Shown piece after piece: positions 1 through 13,246 of a stretch of DNA of 64,000 nt. The notes beneath the pieces were generated by a model. That model did no database searches. It was given only the letters and a program-made list of their open reading frames with translations, and was not told the origin of the DNA. The stretch's first letter is position 1. Each line of letters starts with the position of its first letter. The DNA comes from Flaccisagitta enflata (lineage: Eukaryota). Where the stretch lies: the NCBI GenBank assembly GCA_965153355.1, contig OZ231126.1, positions 35,030,001-35,094,000 on the forward strand. The letters are read 5' to 3'. Both the position numbers and the translations under genes were made by a program.

Positions 1-470
1 GGCTCAAATCCTAGCCCTGAGGCTCAAATCCCAGCCTGGAGCCTCAAACCCCAGTCTTGAGGCTCAAATCCCAGCACCGAGGCTCAAATCCCAGCCGTGA
101 GGAGCAAATCCCAGCCTTGAGACTCAAATGTCAGCCTCGTCGCTCAAAACTCAGTCTCTTAGTTCAGATCCTAGCCAGGAGGCTCAAATCCCAGCCTGGA
201 CGCTTGAATCCCAGCTTGGATGCTCAGATCACAGCCTGGTAGCTTGTATCCCAGCCTGGAAGCTCAAATCCCAGCCTCATGGCTCCAATCCAAGCCTCAA
301 GGCTCCAATCTCAGCCTCAAGGCTCAAAACCCAGCCTCAAGGCTGAAATACCAGCCTCAAGGCTCATATTCCAACCTTGAGGCTCAACTCCCAGTCTTAA
401 GGCTTAAATCCCAGCCTTAAGGCTCAAATCCCAACCTTAATGCTCAAATCCCAGCCTTGAAGCTCCAAAC
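1..470 (+). repeat. 20-bp satellite GGCTCAAATCCCAGCCTTGA (inside a family-B-like element ending ~590)
   Basis: ~23 diverged tandem units, followed by GGTACCGCTGACC. Confidence 0.9.
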
Positions 471-1317
471 TTGCTAAGCATAGGTCATCGGCCCCTTCAG
501 GGCCACTGCCCCTCTTACCACCACACATCCAAATATACTCTCATGGGGGCAACGGGTACCGCTGACCATCTAACGCTTTTGTGACTATTTACTTTTTTGG
601 CGTTTTTGAGCTTTTTGAGCTTACAGCTCCTGCCCAGATGCCCTAGTGACCTTCTCCAGCACTGCCCCTGCCCACTAGGGTAGCCCTGTATCCGGCCTTG
701 TTCAGTGACAGGGGGCCTGTTGAAATTATAAAATGGAAATGAAAGATTAAGAAACATAGTTCTCCTCTAAAATTGTTTACAGAGAGAACTATGTTTTTAA
801 AAATGCAAAATTTTCCTTCATTAGAGAGTGCTATAATTTCAACAGCAGCCAAAAATGAAATAAATGTAAAATTTCACTAAAAACCTTGATTTTCTTGCCT
901 ATTTTCATGTCAAAATTACATAGTCAAAATTACAAAATTACATAGCATCAAGGCTAGGATTTGAGTCAGGGGGGGACGGACATACGGAGGAGGAGGAGGG
1001 GAAGAAAATTCCCAAGATGTGTGAAAGCATAGGTCATCAACCACTTCGGGGGCCACTGCCCTGCTCCCCCTTCAACTTCAAGCACAACCTACTTAGGCAG
1101 GGCAAGAGTACCGCTGACCATCTAACAAATTTGCAACTGTTGTTTGTCATTTTGACCATTTCTGCCTTAATATTGGGTTGCTTTGTTGTTTTTGAGCATT
1201 ATCTTTTGTAGGAGCTTCCTCTCCAGAAACTCTTAATCATTGTTGTGTTGTTGTGGTTGTGGCTGTTGTTATTGTTGTTGTTGTTGTTGTTGTTGTTTTT
1301 GTTTCTGCACAACTTAC

Positions 1318-1463
1318 ACATGTTCTAGTCCCGCCATGAGAAGAAATTTATTGTCGGCAATGAAAAGTAAGAGTAATACCAAAATGACAGGAAAATGGTA
1401 AAAAAGTAAATCCCAAATAAAATTTGATGACCAGTATGCGAACATCCACAATCCAGAAAGAAT
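1318..1463 (-). CDS. ABCA-subfamily transporter exon (TMD2 segment ILSGLWMFAYWSSNFIWDLL...)
   Basis: Minus strand TTTTGTTTTAG|ATT CTT TCT GGA ... GAA CAT GT|GTAAGT; 146 nt, phase 0 in. Continues the upstream exon ending ...GAKHLQ to give the ABCA signature KHLQ-x-x-SG-x5-YW-x-x-NFIWD. Confidence 0.9.
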
Positions 1464-2408
1464 CTAAAACAAAAATGAATGATTTCATGACATTATTTGA
1501 CCACGCAACTATTAGCATTATTATTATTTATCCGTCCGTCCGTCCATCCGTTGGTCGGTCCGTCCCCATCATACTTTTGCGGTGTTTTTGAACATTTTGA
1601 GCTCAGAGCTCCTACCCAAATGCCCCAATGACCTTCTCCATCACTGCCCCTGCCTACCCGCAAGGAACTAGGGTAGCCATGTATCCGGCCTTATTATCAT
1701 TAATACTACCATTATCATTTCTATTTCTGTTATCATCATTATGATTATGATTATCATTCTTTCTATTATGATTATTTTCATTTTTAGTCGCGTGCACGCG
1801 ACTCTACAACCCGCTCTGTCGGTCGGTCGGTCGGTTGGTCGGTCCGTCGCACAGTGGACCGTGACCCTGAAAAATTCAATTGGTATTGTTTTGGGGAGTA
1901 GTAAATTACCATAACATTCTCACAGTTTTAAAGAAACGTCATGGAACGTCAAGCCCTAATGAGGAAAATAAACCCATACTACGGTAGCTTTCACTTAGCA
2001 CTACATCCGTGGGTAGGGGGATCCTCGCGCAAACCTCCGTTCTGTAGTGTGGAGTAAAAGGTTCTATGCCATAGTGGTGTGGCAGTGATCAGGAATTTAT
2101 CTTCTTAAATCTGTCGTATCACCTCAAGGAATAGCCTTATTGCTTCCAAAACGAAATCACCTTACTGCATTCTGAGCGAAATACTTTTTTTCGCCTTTTC
2201 TTCATTTTTTTTCTTCCTTTTTACAAAGATTGAAGAAATGATGAAAATGAGATCGTGAACAATGACGATGATCACGACCTAAACAATGATGATGCTGAGG
2301 GCACAGACGATTGTAACTGACATGACTGAGACAGACAGCATATGAATTACACAACAATGAGCGGTTAAATGTGGCCCCGTCACTCTCCCTGTCCATTTTC
2401 GGTCCGAT

Positions 2409-2709
<301 letters not shown>

Positions 2710-2973
2710 CGGCTAGCTCTCTGTCACACTAGTTGAAATTTGAAATCAAAACAAACATTCAAAAACATAAAAAACATTCAAAAACATAACAAACATTCAA
2801 AAACATAACAAACATTCAAAAACATAACAAACATTCGAAAACAAAACAAACATTCGAAAACTAAACCAACATAAAAAAACATTAGCCTTTAAAAACACAT
2901 AAATCACGTAACTAAATATTAACATTAGATGATAAAACACGGTTTCAATGTCAAAATTTAAACATTTGATGTC

Positions 2974-3057
<84 letters not shown>

Positions 3058-3405
3058 CACAGACGGAGTTTATGTACAGAAACTCGTTTTTTTTAGGTGC
3101 GCCAAAGCAGGTCTATAACTGGCTGTGTCCGTGGGTTGATTGGTGGGTAATTTATACGTAGCCGTAGGGTTACAAAATGAAACGTGATATACGGCTACTT
3201 CAGTCGCGTGCGGGTGGGCAGGGGCCATAATTGAGGTCAGCGGAACATTTGGGCAGGAGCAATGAGGCCAAAACCCCCATTAACGCCGAAAAAGTAAAGT
3301 GTGACGGACGGACGGACGGACAAAGCAGGGTGTAGAGTCGCGTAGCACGCAACTAAAGACTAAATTCGGAGACACGCTAAGTGCATTGTCTGGCAATAAT
3401 AGCCC

Positions 3406-3898
3406 TTTTTGGGCAGCGGCCCCAAAGGGCCGATGTCCTGTAGGACACAGGGGTGAATTTCCATAGGTCCGTACGTCTGTCCGTCCATCCATCTCCCCCC
3501 CAAGCTTCTCAAGCCTCAAATTCCCATTGAATAACATGGGAAATGGACAAAACACAAACTTCCCATTGAATAACATGGGAAATGGACAAAATACAAACTT
3601 CCTATTGAATAACATGGAAAACTGATGAAAAACTAAGAAAAATGTAAAATTCCCATTGAATAATATAGCGAGTTGACAAGATATTGAAAAAAATGCAAAA
3701 TTCCCTTTGAATATCATGGAAAATTGCTACCAGGGCCTCATGTATGCCCTCTCAGGACATATGGAAATTCACCCCTGTGTCCTACAGGACATCGGCCCTT
3801 TGGGGCCGCTGCCCTGCCTTCACTCCGATTCTTCAGCTAATCACTCCAAGCAGGGCATCGGGTACCGCTGACCATGTGCGATCTTTGGATGACTTGTT
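3406..3898 (+). mobile_element. HINE-like family B
   Basis: TTTTTGGGCAGCGGCCCCAAAGGGCCGATGTCCTGTAGGACACAGGGG, an inverted copy of this near the 3' end, a (GTCC)n tract, and a 3' tail GGTACCGCTGACC...GACTTGTT. Confidence 0.7.
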
Positions 3899-4217
3899 AG
3901 CCCATATGCAGGCTAACACTTCAAAAGTAACTTGACTTTGAAACGAGGCCGGATACACGGCTACCCTAGTCGCGTACGGATGGGTAGGTGCAGTGATGGA
4001 GAAGATCTCTGGAGTAGTTGGGCTGGAGCAGTGAGCTCAAAACGCTCAAAATGCTCAAAAACGCCAAAAAGTAAAATGGGGACCGACCAACGTATGGATG
4101 GATGGACAGACAAAGCGGGGTGTAGAGTCGCATAGCACGCGACTAAAAATATACAAAAAAAAAAAAAATTCACTACAACAACAACAACAACAAAAACAAA
4201 AACAAAAACAAAAACAA

Positions 4218-4274
<57 letters not shown>

Positions 4275-5277
4275 CGTTACTACCAGGAAACATTGAACGA
4301 GCCTGTGAGCGGAGTGAGCGGTGCGAGCAAACGAACGTAGTGAGCGACCGATTGGCCCGTTTAAAATGCAGTTGTCATGTGTCCGTCAGTGGTTCAAATC
4401 TACCACAGATGGATATGCCACAGATAAATAGTAAAGAGAGAAAAAAAATAAGAGTCATGAAATTTTTAACTGGTGTGATCTATGCAAGACTTGATTAAGA
4501 ATAAAACAAAAAAAATCGATCTGCCTCAATGACGCCCATTTTCAATTCATCTTTCCGGCCTAAAATATTTGAAAATGTCTAGATTTCTTTGTTAATTTTC
4601 TTTCTTTGTAAATTTTCTTTCTTTGTAAATTTTCTTTCTTTGTAAATTTTCTTTCTTTGTTAACGTTCTTTTTTTTTCTTTTTGTAAATTTTTCAAAATA
4701 GTTATCAAAATACGAAAAATTGCTACGAATTTGTTGGGAAAAAAATCGAAAAACATTTTTCAATTTTTTGAGTTTCGCTTAGGAATTAATTTTTTCCATT
4801 TTCGCTTGGGGCGTTTTAGAAAAGTTGAGTCACAACTAGGCTCGCCCGGGGCTGGGGTTGAAATTGGTACAGGGTGAAAGAGGGCACTTTTTTACACCCT
4901 CTGGAAAAAAGCAGGGCACTGTCGGACCAATACTTTAGGCGCTATGAATTCTTTAATCTTTTTTTATTTTTTCACATTTTCCGCATTTTCCTCAAATATC
5001 AATATTTTTCATCGATCTCTATTTTGGGCCTTTATGTAACAATAAAAAATTCAGTAGAGAGCATCAGTAGATGGTGGGAGCATAGGGAGGGAGATGGAGT
5101 GGGAGGAAGAAGAGGGAGGGAGAGGGAGGGAGAAGGAGGGAGAGGGAAGAAGGGAGTGGGAGAGAGGGAGGAGGGAGGGAGAGGGGGGACAGGGAGAGGG
5201 AGGGGGAGGGTGGGAGAGAAGGAGGATAGGGGAGGGAGGGTGAGGGAGGAGGAGAGGAGGGAGGGAGGAAGAGGAAG

Positions 5278-5322
<45 letters not shown>

Positions 5323-6236
5323 CACAAAAACAGACTCACACACACCAAAAAGCGCGTGAATGTGATGAAGAAAGAAAGAACTGAAAAAACAAAAACAATT
5401 TTTTGATTTTTTTTCCGGTCGGCGAGAGCCGCCTTTACTGGTACCAAGATTAGAATTCTTACTCCAAGACGGGACTTTTCCTTGAAAGTAGACAAACAAT
5501 GAGTCTTTGATTCAAACCAACAAGCCTCAAGTTCAATCTATTCCAACCTGTCCGTCTGTCTTTTAATCAGTTCTATTATGTCACCGCTCATGTTGCTACA
5601 TCGGCTTGCCAGTCTGTCAGTCTTACTTTTTTGGGGGGTATTTATGGTCTAGATATAAACCTTCGCTCGTCTTCGCTGGTCTATCGGAATTTTCCGATTC
5701 AACTTTTTAAGGTGGCCGATCCGAAGATAGTTATCGCTTCGCCATTTTTTCTTTAAAAATACTTTCAAATTTTACATCATTAGAAAGCCTGGCGTTTAAG
5801 CTTTCCTCTGTTCGTTTTATCTTTTTAGTTGCGGACACGCAACTCCATAAGAGCCTTTGTCTGTCCGTCCGTCGGTCCGTCCGTCCGTTGGTCCGTGAAC
5901 ACGAGTCGAAGAGTGTGAAAACGCGCATTTCCGCCCCTGCCCACCCGTCCGCAACTGGTATTGGCCGTGTATCCGGCCTTGTTAATACTCCTAATTGTTT
6001 AGACATAGTGATCAAAAGAAGAAACACTGTTCATGATTTCATGGGCGCTCAAGCGTGAAATACACAGTCTGAAAACGAAGAATGTTCGTGATTTTTTTTA
6101 AGTGGTGGAATCCATCGTAACTTTTTTTACCCAAACTTTGAAAGCTCATATCTCATGAACGGATTGACTGATTGACTTGATTGACAAATCATGATTGACT
6201 TGAAACTTCACACATCAGTAGACAAGGTCATATGAT

Positions 6237-7104
6237 GGGGGTCAGGTGGTTCTAGGTGGTCGGCTGGTATTTTTCAGCGTCAGGGGTGTATAATAGCCAC
6301 GGTGATGGTGCTTTAGGGGGGTCAGGTGGTTCTAGGTGGTCGGCTGGTATTTTTCAGCGTCAGGGGTGTATAATAGCCACGGTGATGGTGTTTTAGGGGG
6401 GTCAGGTGGTTCTAGGTGGTCGGCTGGTATTTTTCAGCGTCAGGGGTGTATAATAGCCACGGTGATGGTGTTTTAGGGGGGTCAGGTGGTTCTAGGTGGT
6501 CGGCTGGTATTTTTCAGCGTCAGGGGTGTATAATAGCCACGGTGATGGTGTTTTAGGGGGGTCAGGTGGTTCTAGGTGGTCGGCTGGTATTTTTCAGCGT
6601 CAGGGGTGTATAATAGCCACGGTGATGGTGTTCTAGGGGGGTCAGGTGGTTCTAGGTGGTCGGCTGGTATTTTTCAGCGTCAGGGGTGTATAATAGCCAC
6701 GGTGATGGTGTTTTAGGGGGGTCAGGTGGTTCTAGGTGGTCGGCTGGTATTTTTCAGCGTCAGGGGTGTATAATAGCCACGGTGATGGTGTTTTAGGGGG
6801 GTCAGGTGGTTCTAGGTGGTCGGCTGGTATTTTTCAGCGTCAGGGGTGTATAATAGCCACGGTGATGGTGTTTTAGGGGGGTCAGGTGGTTCTAGGTGGT
6901 CGGCTGGTATTTTTCAGCGTCAGGGGTGTATAATAGCCACGGTGATGGTGTTTTAGGGGGGTCAGGTGGTTCTAGGTGGTCGGCTGGTATTTTTCAGCGT
7001 CAGGGGTGTATAATAGCCACGGTGATGGTGTTTTAGGGGGGTCAGGTGGTTCTAGGTGGTCGGCTGGTATTTTTCAGCGTCAGGGGTGTATAATAGCCAC
7101 GGTG
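6237..7104 (+). repeat. 80-bp tandem array, ~11 nearly identical copies
   Basis: GTCAGGTGGTTCTAGG... recurs at 6241, 6321 ... 7041. Confidence 0.97.
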
Positions 7105-8568
7105 CGTCGGTCCGTAACACTTTGCTTTTTCGCGTCGTTTTTGATCATTTTGGGTCGTCTGGAGTTATTTTGAGTCATTTTTTTGTTGTTTTTAGTCATC
7201 TTTAGTTGTGTTTAGTCATTTTTGGTTGCTTCTGGTCATTTTTGGTCATTTTTGGTCATTTTTTATCATTTACGTCACTTTGTTGATTTAAGTCATTTGT
7301 GTTGTTTTTGGGCATTTAAGGTAATTTTAAGTCATTTTAAGTCATTTTGGGACATTTCAGGTCTTTTTTGGTCATTTGATATGGTTTTTTGGTATGTTTT
7401 GGTCATTTATGTTTTTTGGTTTTTTGGTTTTTGGTTTTTGGTTTTTGGTTTTTGGTTTTTGGTTTTTGGTTTTTGGTTTTTGTTTTTTTTGGTTTTTTGA
7501 TTTTTGGTTTTTTGGTTTTTGGTCATTTAACATGGTTTTTTGATATGTTTTGGTCATTTATGTTTTTGGTTTTTTGGTTTTTGGTTTTTTGGTTTTCTGG
7601 TTCTTTGGTTTTAGGTTTTTGGTTTTAGGTTTTTTGGTTTTTGTTTTTTGTTTTTTTGGGACATTTCAGGTCATTTTTGGTCATTTAACATGGTTTTTCA
7701 GTATGCTTTGGTCATTTATGTTTTTTTTTGGTTTTTGGTTTTTAGTTTTTGGTTTTAGTTTTTTTTTTTTTTGGTTTTTGGTTTTTGGTTTTTGGTCATT
7801 TAACATGGTTTCTTGGTATGTTTTGGTCATTTATGTTTTTGTTTTTTTGTTTTTTTGTTTTTTGTTTTTTTGGCTTTTTTGTCATTTATGTTTTTTGGTA
7901 TGTTTTGGTCATTTATGCTTTTTGGTATGTTTTGGTCTATTTCAAGTCTGCTGGTTAAAGTCTGATGGTTTAAGTCTGATGGTTTAAGTCTGATGGTTTA
8001 AGTCTGATGGTTTAAGTCTGCTGGTTTAAGTCTGCTGGTTTAAGTTTGCAGGTTTAAGTTGGCTGGTTTAAGTTGGCTGGTTTAAGTTGGCTGGTTTAAG
8101 TCTGCTGGTTTAAGTCTGCTGGTTTAAGTCTGCTGGTTTAGGTCCGCTGGTAATAGTCTGCTGGTTTAAGTCTGCTGGTTTAAGTCTTCTGGTTTAAGTC
8201 TGCTGGTTTAAGTCTGCTGGTAAAAGTCTGCTGGTAAAAGTCTGGTGGTTAAGGTCTGCTGGTTTAAATCTGGTTTATTCATTTTTCATTGATTGGGTTG
8301 ATAGAGTTGATTAATTTGACTCAATTACAAAAGTCACCACTTTTTCCAGTGGTCTCGGCCTTTAATTGGGTGGGTTTCCACGGCCACCAATACCTCATTA
8401 AGCTGATTTATTCATCAATTTATTCAAGTCAATCTAGTCAACTAAATCATTTTATTCATTTCTGATATAACTCCCTAATCAGTCATGTTGATTCAAAAGA
8501 TATAATAAGAAGTCAGGTCAATTCAGTTTTTTATGTCTCGCACGCGACTTATAGGTGTTGGCCTTGTT
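7105..8568 (+). mobile_element. Helentron-associated non-autonomous element (HINE family A) with internal satellites, 5' end missing
   Basis: Ends GCACGCGACTTATAGGTGTTGGCCTTGTT. Internal GGTCATTT(T), TTTTTGG and 14-bp GGTTTAAGTCTGCT arrays. An inverted full copy lies at 58084-59316. Confidence 0.7.
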
Positions 8569-8947
8569 ATTACTATGATTACCATTATTATTATAATCTT
8601 ATGATTATCATCTTTATTACTGTAATTATTATCATTGTTTGTTGGTAAAAAAGTTGAAGTCAGTCTTTGACTTTTTGACATATTCAAGAGAAACAGGGTT
8701 TTTATTTTCTTTTTGGAAAGTTAGGAATCTCATCCAGCTGATTGGTCCCTCCAACAAAATTGATAGGGTAAGTAAATTTGATAATTCTCTTTTATTTGGC
8801 GCCAAGCAGAATGCTCTACAACAAATATTTGTCACGCTATGATTTTTTCGTGATTTACTTACAAGGAATTTGAATGGAATTTTTTTCATATTTAGTTCTT
8901 GCTTGACTCGTCGTACAACGTTGTGAAAAAAAGAAAATGAAAATTGA

Positions 8948-8989
8948 AACCAAATTTTCGAGTGTATTACAACGACTCTTCTTCATGGC
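8948..8989 (-). ncRNA. Candidate minimal hammerhead ribozyme (variant core) at the PLE 3' end
   Basis: Minus strand GCC ATGAAGA A GAGT cgttgtaatac ACTC GAAA ATTT GGT. The core resembles CUGANGA with C3 replaced by A; stem II is GAGT/ACTC, followed by GAAA and a short stem I. PLE termini are known to carry minimal hammerheads. Confidence 0.45.
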
Positions 8990-9140
8990 AAACAGAAAAA
9001 GGAATACAAAATGGAAAACAGAGAAAGTCAACAAGAAGGCGATATGGGATGGAGAGGAGGATACAATGGACACAATGGATGAATGAAAGTCACGAAATGG
9101 AGAAAAAGAGAGAGAGAGGCTGATCAGCCAAAGTGACTGA

Positions 9141-9876
9141 TCAGGTGAGCCCCCGGTCCCCTTGAGAGGCCGCTCTGCTGCGGGTTGTCATGCGATGAGT
9201 TGGTTGGGCCAATTGGGCGATTGCGGGTGGCTGAACAGTTTTGGCTAATGTCTCATCATCTTGAGATCGGTGATTTGTTCGAGGACGGCCTGGAGCTCTT
9301 TTTTGGGTGGAGAGGCGAGGCTCGGCGGGATCGTGAGTGGCCGGTGGTTCTGGCTTTTTGATGGCTGCTTTGATGAGAGAATCCCAACAATGGGGTAAGG
9401 TGTGACGACCCTCATTGCGGTTGAGAGACGGAGAGAGAGCGCGGATGGCCATAGCCTCTTTAATGCCTCTTTTGAAATAGTCATCTTCTCTCGCTATGAT
9501 CTTCACGTCCTCAGTGCGGAAATGATGTTGGGTGTCAGCTGCATGTTTCATGATGGCCGATTTGAACATGCCGGGTGCAGATTGGGCGGTGGAGAAGTGC
9601 TCTGCATTTCTAGCTGTGGCGGATCGGCCCAATTTGCCAACGTAGTCGTCTGGGCAGGGGTTCCCATTGGCTCCAGTGCAGCCGTGGTAATAAACTACTC
9701 CATTTATGTCGAGTTTTTCAATCTTGTCTTTTGGGTGCACCAGATGTTTGCGTAGCGTCCCGCGCGATCGAACCGAAGTGGATATTCCCACTTGGCGGAA
9801 GCACCTGGCGAGCGTCTCTGTGGTGCCGGCATGATAAGGCAGGATGATATGGCCTTTACGCTGGTTGTTGTTGTTT

Positions 9877-9944
<68 letters not shown>

Positions 9945-11543
9945 GGTCATTGTCTTGGAGATGTATGTGCCTTGATGGATGGCCCAGGGTGGGTAGCCGT
10001 TCAGAGTGAGAGCATCATGGACGCGTTTTTTCTCTTCCTGCTTACCTGCGTGAGTAGATGGAATGATCTCAGCGGACATGTAAGAGCACGGACGGTGGCG
10101 AGTTTGTGTTGCAATGGGGCATGTGAGTCGAAGTGGATATATTGGTTTGTGTTGGTTTCCTATAGACGTCGAAGGAGAGGGAACCATCGTCGTTGCGTTG
10201 GATGTCGACGTCCAGCATATGAATCCGGCCATCGACCTCCTCCTCCTTCGTCCATTTAATGTCAGGATGTATCGAGTTGATGTAAGTGAAGAGTGAGTCT
10301 GCGTAGTCTGCATGAATGGCAATGAGCGTGTCGTCGGCCTTACTAAGCCAAAAGAGGATAGAGTTGCGATGTTCAAATGCGGCGAGAGCCTTTTGTTCGA
10401 AGTCCTCCATGAAGATGTCCGCCAGAGGGCTTGAAGTTGATTTGCCCATTCCCAGACCACGGGGTTGTGAGTAGTATTCACCGCCATAATGAAAATAGGC
10501 TAATTCGATGTCCAATTTGAGAAGCCTGACAATGTCGTCTGGTTTGATGGGTTTCCTCTCTTTCAGTTTGGAGTCGGCTTTGAGGGCTTCCCCAGCAAGT
10601 TCGATGGCTTCGTTGGTGGGGATGTTCGTATACATGTTGGAGAGATCATACGAGTATAGGCGGTGTGTAGATGGAATAGTCACATGCTCTAGGTTGCCTT
10701 TCAGGTCGGTGCTGTCCTTAAGATGGTGTTGGGTGTGGCCGACCAAAGGGCTGAGGATGCGTCCCATCTCTTTGGTGAGGCCGGTGAAGATGGTGTCGCT
10801 GGCAGAGACGACGGGGCGCATGGGCATACCCTCTTTGTGTATTTTTGGATTGCCGAAGAAGAGAGGAGGCTGGGTGGTATTTGGGTATATGCGCCAGTAG
10901 ACACCGGGTGGTACATATTCCTTAATGGGAGCCAGGGCCGCCACTAAGGTTGTCTTGTGGGCATTTGTGGGATCCGACGGGAGTTTCCTGTAGGTGGTTG
11001 TATCGCTAAGGAGAGCTCGCATTTTATTGTCGTATTCCTTTTGGTCCATTACCACCGTGGCTCTGCCTTTGTCGGGTGGGAGGATAGTGATGGATTTATC
11101 CTGTTTTAGGTCGTTAATCGCCTTTCTTTCATCCCTCATGAGGTTGGATGTGGGATGACGTTTGGCGTTGGAGAGGATCGCATTAGGTTTGGAGCGGATG
11201 GTAGATGCTTCCTTGGTCTCTGGGCCCACCAAACGTGTGGCTGATTTGATGGCCACGATGAAGTCTTCAATGGGCGGCGCTGATGGTGTGGGCACATAAT
11301 TGAGACCTCTTACAAGGACCAAGTGTTCAGCGGGAGTGAGTGTTCTAGATGACACGTTGATCACCCACTTCCGCTTTGTTTCTTCGTTGGCGCTAGTGGC
11401 GTTGGTGTTGCCATTGCTACTTTCATTTTTTTCGGCGATGAGGCGATTGAGTTTACATTTTAGCCGCTCCCGCCAGGTGTTAAAGACGCGAGTTTCTTTT
11501 TGGTGGAGGAGAAAGAGGGCGGCGCTGTAGGTTTCCTCATTGA
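9141..11543 (-). pseudogene. Penelope-like RT/GIY-YIG polyprotein with two frameshifts (~10148, ~10075)
   Basis: Motifs WVINVSSRTLT..E..VL.RGLNY, ADKG-like PPDKGRATVVMD, GNPKIHKEGMPMRPVVS, YDLSNMYTNIP, GLGMGKSTSSPLADIFME, KADD, VYRKPT. A shifted frame then reads QYIHFDSHAPLQHK, followed by LNGYP, GVVY..C...C...YVG..GR....R..EH, R..KEA..I and LNRNEG. Confidence 0.92.
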
Positions 11544-12860
11544 CGGAAAAACAAATGCCACTACTACGGAAAAACGAATGCCACTACTACAACAGTGCAA
11601 TCTCCACCGGAATTTTTATCAATTTTTAAAAAAAAATTTGTGTAGGATCAGTAAAGGAGTCTGTTTATGTTTACTAGAGTATGCAAATAAAAAAAAAATG
11701 TTTATGAGCACAGCTGCTCATCTGTGAGGGCGTTTTTGAACGTTTTAGCTCATTAAGCTCACTTAGCTCAGTCTATTCTTTCTGATTTCAAATACAATAA
11801 ATAAATAAATATTTTCATACTTGTTTAACCAAGCAAATAAAAAAAATAGGATAAACAAATCAATGTTTTGATTCAAACCTACAAATACAAAAAAGCATGT
11901 CAGTGAGAAAAGCTGGTCCTCTGGTTGAATTATTTCTAATATTTTAGCTCATCTAGCTTATTTGGCTCAGTTCTATTTTTCTCTGATTTTCAGTGCAATC
12001 AATACATACAACTGCTTTTGATTTGATATAACCATTAAAAAATTTTCAGTGACTGAAGACAAAAGCATGGTGAAAAGTGACCAATGCTTAAGACTTTTTT
12101 CCTCAAGGCGACAACTGCCATTACTGGTATTTCTGTCAGCATTGTATGCGACAGTCCAAACAAATGGTGCATTCGTTAGAACTACAGACTGCAAAATGCC
12201 ATCTTGCATCGAATCATTGTTTTCCATATGCAAATAAATGGACGTGCATAATAACCCTCAGGGCAAAAAAATGGTGGATTTTTAAAAACAAATTTTATCT
12301 ACCTTGAAACAAGGGATGCAGGGTCACAATATTGAACTAGTAACTCCGGACACAACTCATATGAAAGAACTTTCAAAGAGCTTTATACCCATCACCAGTT
12401 TTAATCCATTTTTCTTACTTTGTGGTGATGATAAGTTATAAGAATCCAACATTTTTCTGCCCCCATGGTTAGAAGGATAGCACACACTACCCGCCAGAAC
12501 AGAGGTAGAATGATGGTCTCTAACTATGATAGTTTTTGGGTTATTGTGGCGTGTACAATACAAATCTAAAAGAAACTAAATGACTTTTGGAGTGCTTTTT
12601 GAAATATTTGCAAAAATGGTGTAAATTCAATAAGTTTCCATCATACCACTTTGTGATGATATTTTTTTGTATTTTTCAACGTAGATTCGGATTCAGTGCT
12701 CTGCAGTTAATTTGATATGTCACACTAAGTATTTTTGAAAAAGAAATAAAAAGTTGATTTTTTCTTCACACTGCAATATAATACATAAGTTTTTAACAGG
12801 GTGTGCAAAATTATCCGGACTCGGCAGTGACTTTTCTTAAAGACCCTGTAAAAGAAATAA

Positions 12861-13246
12861 TTTTTAGTCGCGTGCACGCGACTCTACACCCGGCTTTGTC
12901 CGTCCGTCGGTCCGTCGGTCCGTCCGTCCGTCGTTCCGTCACACTTTACTTTTTTTGTAATATAGCGTCAACTCTTAGGTAATTTTAGGTCTTTTTTAGT
13001 CATTAACAGTTATTCTAAGTCATTTTGAGTCATTCTAAGTCATTTTAAGTTATTCCGAGTCATTTTAAGTTATTTTAGGTCATTTTTGGTCATTTGGTTT
13101 TTTAGTCATTTTAAGTCCTTTTTGGACATTTTAAGTCATTTTAAGTCATTCTAAGTTGTTCTAAGTCGTTCTAAGTCATTCTAAGTCATTCTAAGTCATT
13201 TTTACCCTGTAAATCTCGCACGCGACTTATAGGTGTTGGCCTTGTT
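12861..13246 (+). mobile_element. HINE family A
   Basis: TTTTTAGTCGCGTGCACGCGACT...(GTCC)n...AGTCATTCTA repeats...GGCCTTGTT; a near-identical inverted copy lies at 37243-37589. Confidence 0.75.

Larger units (their letters stand above)
8900..11543 (-). mobile_element. Penelope-like retroelement, 5'-truncated
   Basis: RT and GIY-YIG endonuclease in one polyprotein. The reading frame stays open to ~11543 without an ATG (truncation). A pyrimidine-rich 3' tail contains a hammerhead-like motif. The 3' boundary is approximate. Confidence 0.9.

Noticed and set aside
6237-7104. 80-bp array as a CRISPR or coding repeat
   Set aside because: The units are identical with no unique spacers, and the period is not a multiple of 3.
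12320-12358. Minus-strand VVSGVTSSIL as the ABCA exon following KHLQ
   Set aside because: No in-phase AG acceptor and an immediate stop; the true exon is at 1318-1463.
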